Notes: generated by a model from the sequence alone, not told the origin. 64,000 bases of DNA from Candidatus Latescibacterota bacterium (GCA_963791045.1 CAWBQK010000006.1:320001-384000), one strand, 5' to 3'; shown: positions 20,474 through 30,642, numbered from the stretch's first letter. Translations and numbers: made by a program.

Positions 20474-21441
20474 AAAAACGTGTATTTGTCGGAATCGACA
20501 TCGGCGGGACGAATATCAAAATCGCGGCTGCCGGAATCGACAAGCGGGTCTACGCGCGCGGTTCGATCCCGACTCTTGTGGCCGACGGCCCGGCCGCTGC
20601 CTTCGAACGAGTCGCCGACGCGCTTCCCGCCATCATCGGGAATAACACGGAGCTCCAGGCGGCCGGTGTTGGTTGCGCGGGCCTTGTGGATCACGAGCGC
20701 GGATGGCTCCACGTGTCGCCAAATCTTCCGACGTGGCGAAATACGCCGCTTGCGCGGATAGCAAGACGCCGGCTTGGTGTATATACCGTTGTGGACAATG
20801 ACGCGAACTTGGCCGCGTGGGCCGAGTACGTTCTTGGAACTCGTCGCGGCCGGGGGACGTTTGTGTGTTTGACACTGGGCACAGGGGTGGGGGGCGCCGT
20901 GATCATCGACGGCCGACCGCTGCGCGGTCAAAACAATTTCGCCGGCGAAATCGGCCACACCACCATCTGCGAAGACGGACCTCTGTGCAGTTGTGGGAAT
21001 CACGGTTGTCTCGAGGCTTACCTGGGCGCGTGGGCTCTGGCCCGCGACGCGCGTGAGAGGCTTCGATCGGGCAAGAGCCGTTATTTGAGCCGCTGGGTTG
21101 AGCGCGGAGACGCGGAATTGACCCCCAGGCTCATCGCCGAAGCGGCGGGAAAGGGAGATCGGATAGCAAAGGCCGTGTACGACGAAGCTGGCGCGCATCT
21201 TGGCACGGCGGTTGCGAATCTGATCCACATTTTCAATCCACACTCGATCGCAATTGCCGGCGCGGTTGCGAAGAGTTTGCATTTGATGAAACCCGCGATG
21301 ATTGCGGAAGTAAAAAAGAGAACGTTTGGCGAGGCGAGACGAAACGTGAAGGTCGGTAGGGCTGTTCTGGGGAAGAACGCGGCCGCCATCGGCGCGGCCC
21401 TCATGGCTTTGCGCCAGGGCGGACCCGACGCTTCATTTTGA
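20470..21441 (+). CDS. ROK family sugar kinase (glucokinase-like)
   Basis: GIDIGGT, DNDAN, TLGTGVGG, GEIGH, CSCGNHGCLE. Confidence 0.92.
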   Translation: MKKRVFVGIDIGGTNIKIAAAGIDKRVYARGSIPTLVADGPAAAFERVADALPAIIGNNTELQAAGVGCAGLVDHERGWLHVSPNLPTWRNTPLARIARRRLGVYTVVDNDANLAAWAEYVLGTRRGRGTFVCLTLGTGVGGAVIIDGRPLRGQNNFAGEIGHTTICEDGPLCSCGNHGCLEAYLGAWALARDARERLRSGKSRYLSRWVERGDAELTPRLIAEAAGKGDRIAKAVYDEAGAHLGTAVANLIHIFNPHSIAIAGAVAKSLHLMKPAMIAEVKKRTFGEARRNVKVGRAVLGKNAAAIGAALMALRQGGPDASF

Positions 21442-21453
21442 AAGGAACCCGCA

Positions 21454-24400
21454 TTGCGACATCGCCGCCCGGACAAGCTCTTTTCGCATCGCCCCCTCTT
21501 GTTCCTTGTTCTCGCTGTATTTGTTTATCTCCCCAGCGCCGTTCTTTCACAAAATGAATCCACGGACAGCAGTCCGCCGCCCCCAACCCGCCGCGACAGC
21601 GTATTTCGATACGATGCGGGAACGACTTCAATAAGAGAAATAAACGGGGAAACGGTTCTCGAGGGAAGGGAAGGCGTCAGAATCATCCACGGGGATGTAA
21701 CCATCACCGCGGACCGCGGGCTGCATTACAGGGGGCGCCAGCTCACCTATTTTATTGGCAACGTCAATATCGATCAGGACGAAATGCACATGCAGGGGGA
21801 TGAGGGTGAGTACCGGCGAGCCGATGACATCGCCATCCTCAGGAACCATGTGCAAATTCGCGACCGGGGGCTCGAGATTGATTGTGACGAGGCGACCTTC
21901 CACAGGACGACCGAACGCGCCTGGCTCAAAGGGAATGTAGTGGTCGTAGATTCGGCCACGACGCTTACCGCCGACAGCCTCTACTACGACAAGGCAAATC
22001 TCGTTTCCGAGGCGTTCGGCAACGTGGAGATCATCGATCGCAAAGAGGGAATCCGGCTGACGGGACGGCATGGTTTTTATTACCGGGAAACCGGCGTGGG
22101 AATCATGGACCAGCTCCCCCGGCTCACAGTGGATCCCGACAGCAAGGAACCCACGACGGTCGACAGCGATACGATGTTGTTTTACCCCGACAAGAGAATG
22201 GCCGTTGCCCACGGCCGAGTGAAGATCCTCAAAGGCGGGACGGTCACGCAGTGCGATTCCGCCGTCGTTCTCGATGACCTGCAGCGGGCGGAACTCTACG
22301 GGAACCCCCTCGCCAAACAGGGCAACGTGTCGATGCAGGGCGACAAGCTGGTTATGGGTTATGACGAAGATCAGGTCAACCAGATCGATATCATCGGCAA
22401 GGCGACAATAAAGGAGACGCCCAAGGACTCGCTGGTGATAGACAGGGACAGCTGGGTGCGCGGCGATTCCATGGTGCTATATATGCGTGAAAACAGACTC
22501 GATTCGATGAGCGTGTCCGGGTCTGCGGAAAGCGAGTACTACCCGGCGAGCGTCGACCGTGTCGAGGCGAACTACGCTCGCGGTGACAGTATGTTCTTCA
22601 CCTTCAAAAACGACTCGCTGGACCACGTGTGGATAATCGGTAAGGCCGACGGCGCCTATCGATATGTGAGACTCGCGCCGAACGAGACGGCCGATTCGCT
22701 CCGCGCCGCGCGGGACACGTCGTACACGTATATCCCATTTGTCGAGAATGCGGAGCGGGTTGTATATGCGGCGGATACCATTCAGTATTTTTCGAAGCAG
22801 CATGATCTGGTTTTGAACAGCAAGGCAAAGGTCGACTATCGTGGCAAGACGCTTCTCGGCGACAATATTACCTACTCGGCCGATCTCGAACTTCTCGACG
22901 CGACGGGGTCCCCGGTCCTGATAGAAGGTGTCGATAAGCTATACGGAGACCGGATGGACTATGACATGGATCTGGGGACGGGACTCGTCCAGGAAGGGGC
23001 GACCCAGTTCATGGACGGATTTTATGACGGCCGTCGAATCGCCAAAGTGGGGGACAATATTCTCAAAGTGTGGGATTCGAAATATACCACGTGCGATCTC
23101 AAGATTCCGCACTATCATTTTACAAGCAACAGGATGAAGGTGTATCTCGACGACAAGGTCGTTTCGGGTCCGATCGTTCTCTACATAGGCGAAACTCCGA
23201 TCATAGCTCTTCCGTTTTTTGCGCAGAACATCCGCCGCGGTCGGCGTTCGGGGATCTTGAGACCGACTTTTGAGTTCGGGGTGAACTCCAACAAGGACAG
23301 GTTTATTCGAAATATCGGTTATTACTGGGCCACTAACGACTATACCGATTTCACTTTCATCTCCGACTTCAATGAGAATCGCTCGGTGAGGTTCCGGATC
23401 GATAACCGCTACAAACTCAGATATGCCTTCAACGGCGGGTTTAATTTCTCGTGGTTCCGGGATCTCCAGGAGTATCGCAACGAGTGGACATTCCAGGGGC
23501 GGCACGATCAAACCCTCGGCGAGAAGGCGTCTTTTAACGCGAACTTGAGATTTGTCAGCAGCGACCGGGCGCCAAAGGATGTCAGCCGAATCGACGAGGT
23601 CGCCGATGTGATCGACCGCCGCATCGAATCAACGGCGAGTCTTCGCAAGACCTGGAGCGCATTTGGTTTCAGCGCGTCGGGCAGGCGAACCCAGCTTCTC
23701 GACGTTCCCGACACAACGACCGTTCGCGTGAGCACGACACTTCCGAGCATCGCGCTGTCCGTCCCCGCTATCACGCTCTACTGGGGAGAAAAGAGAAAAG
23801 CGGGATTCGAGACGATTTGGCAGAAGGTTTTCGACAAGGTCAGGATATCGCCGGGCATTTCGGGCAACCGCAAAGTTGACGAAAAAGCGTACGAATGGAG
23901 AGAGGTTATCACCGCGAACGCCTCGCTCGGCGCGACCGCGCCCTTCAAGCTGGGTTTCCTGAACCTGACACCCCGGATATCGGCGAGCGACGCGTACAAC
24001 CGCACAACGATCGATCGCTGGTCGCATGAAGTTGATGTCGATGATTCGACGGTGGTTATCGTCAAGGGTGATGGTCCCGTCACCGAGTCGGACAACGTGT
24101 TCAGCTGGAATGCGGGAGCCGGGGCCACCACCAATTTCTTCGGGACCTTCTATCCTCGTGTGGGGGCCCTGCGCGGTCTTCGCCATACGATGACGCCGTC
24201 GGTGAGCTATACCTACACTCCGCCGCGCGCAAGCCGGTCGGCGAATCAGAGGTTCAATGTGAGCCTCAAGAATGTCATCGATCTGAAAATACTAAGCAGC
24301 AAGCAGGTTGATGAAGGCGACTACGACCCCGAGGGAGGGAGTTCTTCGCTTGCCGAGAGGGCCGATCACAAGGAGCTGAGGAGGGGTGATGTGGAGACGG

Positions 24401-25131
24401 AAAGCGACGAGAATGCTCCTAAGTCCGCCGAGGAAGAACAGGAGGAAGCGGAGGAGCTCAAAAAGCTCTCAGGCGTCTTCATTTGGACGCTGAGTTCTTC
24501 CTACGACCCGGCGAAGGTATTCAACCAGGGATGGTCGAATATCAGCAGTTTGATGAATCTCAAAGTGCTGGGAACGAGTCTCTCGATAACCCAGTCGATA
24601 GATCCCTTCGATTTCAATATTCTGTCGACACGGTTGTCGACATCGTTCCAGTTCCGCGGGCACCACCCGTTCGGGTCGGCGGTGGCGACAAAGCGTGAAC
24701 TCAACATCGTCGCCGCGGACACGACGGAGGCCGTGGGGCTCGATGTGGGCGGCGAGCCCGAAGCGGAGGAAGAAGAGGACAAGGGGCTTCCGTGGAACGT
24801 CGGGCTCGGATTTAGCTATTCGAAAGCGGATGGGTTCGACGAACCGAGTTCGACGCTTAATCTCAACGGCGGAATCTCGCTGACACACGGGTGGCGGCTT
24901 TCGTACAGGACGAATTATGACGTCGTCGACCGCGACTTCCTTGGAGAGTATTTCAGTGTTGCGCGAAATTTGCATTGCTGGCAGATTTCGTTTTCCCGAC
25001 AGAAACTCGGTGACGAATGGGAATTTTATTTCAAGATCAGCATCACGTCGCTTCCCGAACTCTATGCCGAACAGGGCAGCCGCGGTTTGGGCAGCGGTAA
25101 TAGCACTTTTGGTTCTCCTTTGGATTATTGA
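21454..25131 (+). CDS. lptD: LPS-assembly protein LptD with a long N-terminal OstA/LptA-like repeat extension
   Basis: Signal peptide; repeated ADSL.Y / A.GNV beta-jellyroll-type units; YTTCDLKIPHY, RRSGIL, GYYWA, RNLHCWQ. Confidence 0.85.
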   Translation: MRHRRPDKLFSHRPLLFLVLAVFVYLPSAVLSQNESTDSSPPPPTRRDSVFRYDAGTTSIREINGETVLEGREGVRIIHGDVTITADRGLHYRGRQLTYFIGNVNIDQDEMHMQGDEGEYRRADDIAILRNHVQIRDRGLEIDCDEATFHRTTERAWLKGNVVVVDSATTLTADSLYYDKANLVSEAFGNVEIIDRKEGIRLTGRHGFYYRETGVGIMDQLPRLTVDPDSKEPTTVDSDTMLFYPDKRMAVAHGRVKILKGGTVTQCDSAVVLDDLQRAELYGNPLAKQGNVSMQGDKLVMGYDEDQVNQIDIIGKATIKETPKDSLVIDRDSWVRGDSMVLYMRENRLDSMSVSGSAESEYYPASVDRVEANYARGDSMFFTFKNDSLDHVWIIGKADGAYRYVRLAPNETADSLRAARDTSYTYIPFVENAERVVYAADTIQYFSKQHDLVLNSKAKVDYRGKTLLGDNITYSADLELLDATGSPVLIEGVDKLYGDRMDYDMDLGTGLVQEGATQFMDGFYDGRRIAKVGDNILKVWDSKYTTCDLKIPHYHFTSNRMKVYLDDKVVSGPIVLYIGETPIIALPFFAQNIRRGRRSGILRPTFEFGVNSNKDRFIRNIGYYWATNDYTDFTFISDFNENRSVRFRIDNRYKLRYAFNGGFNFSWFRDLQEYRNEWTFQGRHDQTLGEKASFNANLRFVSSDRAPKDVSRIDEVADVIDRRIESTASLRKTWSAFGFSASGRRTQLLDVPDTTTVRVSTTLPSIALSVPAITLYWGEKRKAGFETIWQKVFDKVRISPGISGNRKVDEKAYEWREVITANASLGATAPFKLGFLNLTPRISASDAYNRTTIDRWSHEVDVDDSTVVIVKGDGPVTESDNVFSWNAGAGATTNFFGTFYPRVGALRGLRHTMTPSVSYTYTPPRASRSANQRFNVSLKNVIDLKILSSKQVDEGDYDPEGGSSSLAERADHKELRRGDVETESDENAPKSAEEEQEEAEELKKLSGVFIWTLSSSYDPAKVFNQGWSNISSLMNLKVLGTSLSITQSIDPFDFNILSTRLSTSFQFRGHHPFGSAVATKRELNIVAADTTEAVGLDVGGEPEAEEEEDKGLPWNVGLGFSYSKADGFDEPSSTLNLNGGISLTHGWRLSYRTNYDVVDRDFLGEYFSVARNLHCWQISFSRQKLGDEWEFYFKISITSLPELYAEQGSRGLGSGNSTFGSPLDY

Positions 25132-25278
25132 TTTCCTCGACAACGCGCGTTCGCAGGCCCTCTGGGGTGAGTTCGATTTGGGTGGATGAGAATTCGTGCA
25201 TTCTAATGCGAAATATCTGTTGACAGGATTTTCGGGATACGGCTAAAGTGCCGATAATGAGAGGAAGGAGGTGTAAGC

Positions 25279-25572
25279 GTGAACAAAACTCAGCTAGTAG
25301 AGAAGGTCGCCAACAGAACTGGTATGACACTTAAGGACTCAAAAATCGTAGTCGATGCGATTTTCAGCACGGTCCCGAAGGAGGGTATTATAGCCTCTGA
25401 GTTGAATGCGGGTCGTAAGGTCCAGATTACGGGTTTTGGCACTTTCCAGATTCGGAAAAGGAAAAAGAGAGAAGGCAGAAATCCCCAGACGGGTGAGCCG
25501 ATCATGATTCCTGCATCTCGTTTTCCGTCTTTTTCGGCTGGTAGGGCTCTGAAAGATCGAATCCGCAAGTAA
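25279..25572 (+). CDS. hup: HU family DNA-binding protein
   Basis: MNKTQL, GFGTF, GRNPQTGE, PSFSAGRALK; RBS AAGGAGGT. Confidence 0.95.
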   Translation: MNKTQLVEKVANRTGMTLKDSKIVVDAIFSTVPKEGIIASELNAGRKVQITGFGTFQIRKRKKREGRNPQTGEPIMIPASRFPSFSAGRALKDRIRK

Positions 25573-25600
25573 GGATTTACTGCTTGCCGGATAGTTTACA

Positions 25601-25627
25601 AGCGGGGCTTCGAGCCCCGCTTTTTTT
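25601..25627 (+). terminator. Rho-independent terminator after hup
   Basis: GCGGGGC-TTCGA-GCCCCGC followed by T7. Confidence 0.85.
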
Positions 25628-25664
25628 GTGTCCGTTTGGATCGGAGTCCCACCTTGCAGCGGTC

Positions 25665-25693
25665 TTGCCTCTGTACGGGCCGTGTGGTATTTT
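25665..25693 (+). promoter_or_regulatory. Putative sigma70 promoter of the selenoprotein operon
   Basis: TTGCCT-N17-TATTTT with extended TG. Confidence 0.4.
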
Positions 25694-25741
25694 TACTGGA
25701 GACTCAATCAGACGAACGCCGCTGAATTCGAGGAGAGCGAT

Positions 25742-27145
25742 TTGAAAATCATCACGATCATCGTTCTGTGTGCAGCCGTGCTGGCCGGTATGTCCCCACC
25801 GTCCTCGTCCGAGGATGTGGGTATGAACACGATCCAGCTGGTCTACCACAGCGATACGCGCGGGTACTATCTGCCCTGTGGCTGAAACACCAGCGCGGCG
25901 GGCGGTCTGGCCCGCAGAGCAAGTCTCTTGGCCGAATACCGGTCGGGGGGGCTCCCGCTTCTCCTTGTGTCGGGCGGCGATGTTTATGGTGGAAACGACG
26001 CCTACAACAGGCCTAAGTGCAGTTTTCTGGCGCGCATGATGGCACGGTTGGGTTACGACGCGGTGGCGCTTGGAGAGAAAGATCTCAATTTCGGCCTGGA
26101 TGCCATCGTCGAAGACGATGAGACGTTCGGGCTCAACGTTATCTGCGCCAATCTTTTCCCAAAGAAGACGTCCGGGGATGGTGCCGCTGAAATGGCTGGG
26201 TCCGGCGTATCCCCCGTTTTTCCGGCGTATAAGATTGTCGAGCGTGGTGGGGTTCAATTTGGTGTGGTGGCCGTGCTTTCGCCGGCGGCAAAGAACGAAC
26301 GGATCGCGGCTGAAAAAGGCGAAGTCGAAACACTCAACTATATAATCAAAAACCCGATTCCCGTGTTGGCCGAAATCATTCCCGAAGTCGAGTCCCAGTC
26401 CGATGTCGTCGTGCTCGTCGCTCACATGAGAAAATCCGAACTCGATCAAATCTTTGAATCGGTGTCCGGGATCGACATGGTCATCCTCGGTCACAGCGCG
26501 AAGGCGCAGGTGACGCCCGAGCCGACTATCATCCGTGAGATTCCCGTTTATATGGCGAGCCACCAGGGCCAGTATATAGGTCGCGCGTTGTTGTCGTTCG
26601 ATTCAGCCAACCGGCTTGTTGAGACGGTCAACGAAGTCAAGCTTCTCGACAGCAGCGTTCCCGATGATCCCGAAATGAAAATTCTCCTGACCGAATTCGA
26701 AAAAGAAAACAGGAAAATCCAAAAGGAACTATTCGTTCGCGAGCAGCTACAGGCCAAAACAGGGAAGGCGGCGGTCCAGGATGTTTACCTCGGCATCGCC
26801 AACTGTCAGGAGTGTCACGCCGATGCCTTCGATTCTTACCTTGGTACGATGCACGCCAGGGCCTACTCGACGCTCTCCGAAGCGTTCATGCACAGAGACT
26901 CCGGGTGTGTGCCGTGTCATTCGACGGGCTATGGATTGAGGGGTGGGTTCGACGGCGTCCGCGTGCCGGGAAGCATGGTTGATCTGGTCGATGTTCAGTG
27001 TGAGGCCTGCCATGGGCCCGGCGCCGCACACTCGCGTGACGGTCGCTATCGAACCACTGCGCGGGAAAGTTGTATAAGATGTCACACGGAAGAACAAGAT
27101 CCTGACTTTGATTTCGAAAAGGCATGGGAAAAAATTGCTCACTAA
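25742..27145 (+). CDS. Exported UshA-like selenoprotein (CxU) fused to tetraheme cytochrome c (c554-like); TGA 25883-25885 read as Sec
   Basis: ORFs 25628-25885 and 25928-27145 share a frame; read-through gives signal peptide, HSDTRGYYLPCG-U-NTSAAGGLARRA, degenerate 5'-nucleotidase fold and CQECH, CVPCH, CEACH, CIRCH; RBS GAGGAG; selD in window. Confidence 0.85.
25898..25915 (+). promoter_or_regulatory. Putative bacterial SECIS element
   Basis: Stem GCGGGC/GCCCGC with GGTCTG loop at +13..+30 after TGA. Confidence 0.65.
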
Positions 27146-27926
27146 GGTTTGCCTAATTATTGTCTGCGTTCTCTCGGTGTTCGCACCGCCGGTTTTATCG
27201 CAGACAAGTGATTCATTTCTTATCCCCGGCGCGGACTTCTCGCAACTCGTCCTCGAAGCGGGTGGATGGTGTCGGTATCTTGTTGTCGATGAAGCACTTG
27301 GACAGGCTGACTCAACCGAGGTTTATATTGGAATCCCGGGGAGCGAAATCACCGAGCGGGGACGAGCGTATTGGGTCGAACTTGTGTCGACGCCGCTCCC
27401 GGCGGTTTCCGGTGGTGGCGAAGTTATCAAACTACTTGTCCTGGAGCAAATCACGGAATTTTCTGATGGAGATTCTCTTGGTCAATACGTGCTCAAACTC
27501 TATATTAAAAAAGGCGCCCAACCTATCGAAGAAAAGGATCCGGAAAGTTACGAGGACTTTTCTCTTATAGTGCCCACCGCTGAAGCGTTGTGGGAGTCCT
27601 CCCCGGGAACAGAAGTTTCCACGAAGGGAGGTGCTTTTAACTGTACGAAAAAAACGCGCAGCGCTCAGAGTAACCAGGAAATCCCCACCGGCAAAATCAA
27701 GCTGATCAAGAAATCACGGGATGATTACACCGTCTGGTTTTGCAACGACGTTCCAGTTTTCCGTTTGGTCAAATGCGTAATCGAGCGTTCCAGAGAGACC
27801 GATACGGTTCCACGAATTGCCGGGATCCCCGTTTCGGGGCCCAAATACTCGAGAACGGAAGCTGAGTTGACCGCGTTTGGCGATGACGCCACGCCAATCC
27901 TCGGAACCGGTGACTCGACCCGGTGA
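27135..27926 (+). CDS. Secreted hypothetical protein
   Basis: Signal-peptide-like N-terminus (LTKVCLIIVCVLSVFAPPVLS), 263 aa, overlaps upstream stop. Confidence 0.7.
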   Translation: MLTKVCLIIVCVLSVFAPPVLSQTSDSFLIPGADFSQLVLEAGGWCRYLVVDEALGQADSTEVYIGIPGSEITERGRAYWVELVSTPLPAVSGGGEVIKLLVLEQITEFSDGDSLGQYVLKLYIKKGAQPIEEKDPESYEDFSLIVPTAEALWESSPGTEVSTKGGAFNCTKKTRSAQSNQEIPTGKIKLIKKSRDDYTVWFCNDVPVFRLVKCVIERSRETDTVPRIAGIPVSGPKYSRTEAELTAFGDDATPILGTGDSTR

Positions 27927-27949
27927 TCCGCACAAAGGAGGATGGCCCG

Positions 27950-30307
27950 ATGAGATACCCCTGGGGATTCATAGCTGTCTGCCTGGTGACAATCGCAGTC
28001 CTGGCACCGACCACCCCCCTTTCCGCTTTTACCCATTCCGAGACTCCCTCTCTCGTTGCCGTCGGTGAGACACCGAGCATTTCGGCTGAACGTTATTACG
28101 TTAATGCGCAGGCGGTCGATGAGTTGGAGTTGATTGCACTTCGCAAAGCACTCATCGAAAACGGCGCGCAGAAGGTGAATCTTTTTCTCCCCCAGAAAAT
28201 AATTGTCTGTGACGTGCCTGAGACCATGGATTTGGGGCGTTTCATCACGGACCCGCGAGTTTCATTCTTCGAGGAAGCCCAGGTCGGTCCGCGGCTGATC
28301 GCGGACAACGGCGGCGGTCTGGATTTCGTGAAGATGTGCTACGACCGGTTGCAGCGGCAATCTGCGGCCGGTGTGAACCACGATTTCAACGATGTCGTGG
28401 TGAGGTCCAGGCCGGAGGATATCGAGGCGTCAAAACACAAAATGACGATGTCTCCCGTGTCAGGCATGGTCGAGGAAAGGACCATCGAACAAAACTCGGA
28501 GTTTCTGGTTGGAGATATACTTGTTCAGCTCGTTTTTCCCGAGAGTGCGGGCAGTGCGGAAAACTGGACGGACGAGGTCATTGCCGATGCCGCATCGGGG
28601 GCGTTTGCCGCCGTGATGGATTTCCAGGCGCAGTTCGGTTTTGCTCCGATTCATTATGTGCTGAGGAGTGAATCGAAGGTGCCCACGACCTACGAGCCGA
28701 TTCGTACGGAGATGGACGAGCATGTCGAGTGGATCTATGAAGTCATGACAAACCTCGGAATCACGGCCGGCAGGTCGGCTGAACTGATGGTGCATGATTT
28801 CAACAACTTCTTCAGGCGATACTACGCGACCGACTGGGCGTTCACCGCGTTTATCGCGAACAGCGAGAACGCTCCGAACCACAGGTTCGCCGATCAGTTT
28901 TACACCGCATACGCGACGCTCGGCGGTCCCTATCTTGTGATACCATTTCCCGCGGGCGAGAATCCAAACGATATCGATCCCTGGCTCGTTTACTCCACAG
29001 TTTTTCAGCACGAGATGGGTCACGTTTTTTGGGCGCTCGATGAGTATCCTGCGGAGATCAACTTGTCCACGTGCTCCTCCCGTACAGGGTATCTCAATTA
29101 CGCGAACGGCAACAAGGTCACGCAGCTTCTCGATGGCACTTACGGACACTGTCCGGGAGTGGAAACCGAAGTCTGCATTATGTGGCTTGCCAAGGAGGAC
29201 CACGGCCGACCGGTCTGCCCATTCACGGAGGGGCAGCTCGGGATCATTGATTTTAACAAGAACAATATCCCCGATGTGTTCGATGCGGCCCCAATGGTTG
29301 AGTTCGAAGGCGCGGCGGTTGAAACCGTCCAGGCTCCCGATCTGACGATCAATATGAAGGCGATTGCGGGCGCCGTGCAAAATATTAACCCGCTCCAGGA
29401 TCCCGATGCCCGGCGAAGCTACGCGCCGCCGCTCAAGGACGCCGTGCTCACAGTCGACGGGATCGGCAATGTTCGGCTCTCGCCACAGGATGGCAGGTGG
29501 GACGAGACGGAGGAGGATCTGTCGATCACAATCAAGGGGATTAAGGTTGGGTTGACGGAAGTTGGCCTGACTGTCAGGAACTCGTTCGGGAAATCGTCCG
29601 CCGAGATCATCAAGAAGATTTATTTCGCCGGAATTAATTTCGCGTTGTTCGATGCCAAACCGAGATCCGACGGCATCGAGGTGAAGTGGAGCACCGTGGG
29701 CGAGACTTTTGGCGCGCGTTTGGATCTCTACAGGATCGACACGTCTTTCGGCGCGCCCGATACCACACTTCTCGCGGGAGATGTCCAGCCCAATCCGCAC
29801 TCTGGCGGCGCTTTCAATCAGTATGCGTATATGGACAAGGATATCCGTCCCGGCTACGACTACAGGTATTTCGTCGAAGGTTACTTCGAATTTGTTTACA
29901 ACGATACGACGATCGAGTACAACCCGGTTTCCGGCACGTTCGGGGCGCAGAGCATGTTCCCGATACCGTCCGGACAGCTGTCGTCTTACGTGTCGCCGAA
30001 CCCGTTCAACCACGTTACGAAGATATCGGTTCGTGTCCCCAACACGTATGCGGCACCTGTCGGAGACAACCCGAACGCGACGAATGGAGTATCCCAACCG
30101 CAGCAGTCGGATGTGGAAGTCACCGTGTTCGATGTTCAAGGCAAAAGGGTCAAACGGATATTCAAGGGAAGCATGTATGGGGGAGTGAGGAACTTCGAAT
30201 GGGACGGAACAAATGAGAACAACATCGCGGTTACATCGGGTGTCTACTTTGTTAAGACTAACGCTGGGCCCGCCGCCGAGGTTAGAAAGATAGTTCTGGT
30301 TCGGTAA
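27950..30307 (+). CDS. Secreted zinc metallopeptidase with C-terminal FlgD-Ig/T9SS-type sorting domain
   Basis: Signal peptide, FQHEMGHVFWALDEY, CIM turn, PNPFN...WDGTNE...SGVYF...RKIVLVR; RBS AAAGGAGG. Confidence 0.85.
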   Translation: MRYPWGFIAVCLVTIAVLAPTTPLSAFTHSETPSLVAVGETPSISAERYYVNAQAVDELELIALRKALIENGAQKVNLFLPQKIIVCDVPETMDLGRFITDPRVSFFEEAQVGPRLIADNGGGLDFVKMCYDRLQRQSAAGVNHDFNDVVVRSRPEDIEASKHKMTMSPVSGMVEERTIEQNSEFLVGDILVQLVFPESAGSAENWTDEVIADAASGAFAAVMDFQAQFGFAPIHYVLRSESKVPTTYEPIRTEMDEHVEWIYEVMTNLGITAGRSAELMVHDFNNFFRRYYATDWAFTAFIANSENAPNHRFADQFYTAYATLGGPYLVIPFPAGENPNDIDPWLVYSTVFQHEMGHVFWALDEYPAEINLSTCSSRTGYLNYANGNKVTQLLDGTYGHCPGVETEVCIMWLAKEDHGRPVCPFTEGQLGIIDFNKNNIPDVFDAAPMVEFEGAAVETVQAPDLTINMKAIAGAVQNINPLQDPDARRSYAPPLKDAVLTVDGIGNVRLSPQDGRWDETEEDLSITIKGIKVGLTEVGLTVRNSFGKSSAEIIKKIYFAGINFALFDAKPRSDGIEVKWSTVGETFGARLDLYRIDTSFGAPDTTLLAGDVQPNPHSGGAFNQYAYMDKDIRPGYDYRYFVEGYFEFVYNDTTIEYNPVSGTFGAQSMFPIPSGQLSSYVSPNPFNHVTKISVRVPNTYAAPVGDNPNATNGVSQPQQSDVEVTVFDVQGKRVKRIFKGSMYGGVRNFEWDGTNENNIAVTSGVYFVKTNAGPAAEVRKIVLVR

Positions 30308-30612
30308 CTTGCCTGGTCCGCGGCGGTACAACCGTCAACCGAATCGACGCGGGATGTATTGATGTCGCGCGAGCGCGCTGGAGTTCGCGCGCGGATCAAC
30401 TGCGATCGCCGATACGTCGCCGCGTTTGATTGTTAGTGTCGACAACGTTGAAGAAATTCTTTCCGCACGTTGCTTTCCTACTGCAAGAGTTGATTTGTTG
30501 AAAGTAAAATCACTTTCACGCCGCGTACGCCTTGCACGCGCTCTCCCGTTGTGATATATTTCATCTGTTGCTGCTGTTTTACCGCTTTTTCGAATTGGCT
30601 TGCATTTTGTGC

Positions 30613-30641
30613 TTGACGGAATCCCCGAGATACTCTAATTT
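30613..30641 (+). promoter_or_regulatory. Putative sigma70 promoter
   Basis: TTGACG-N17-TAATTT. Confidence 0.55.
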
Positions 30642-30642
30642 T

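Noticed and set aside
28460-30331. 623-aa antisense ORF (also 52032-53654, 11763-12725, 18304-19344 and similar)
   Set aside because: Shadow frames opposite well-supported genes in GC-rich DNA; no recognisable motifs
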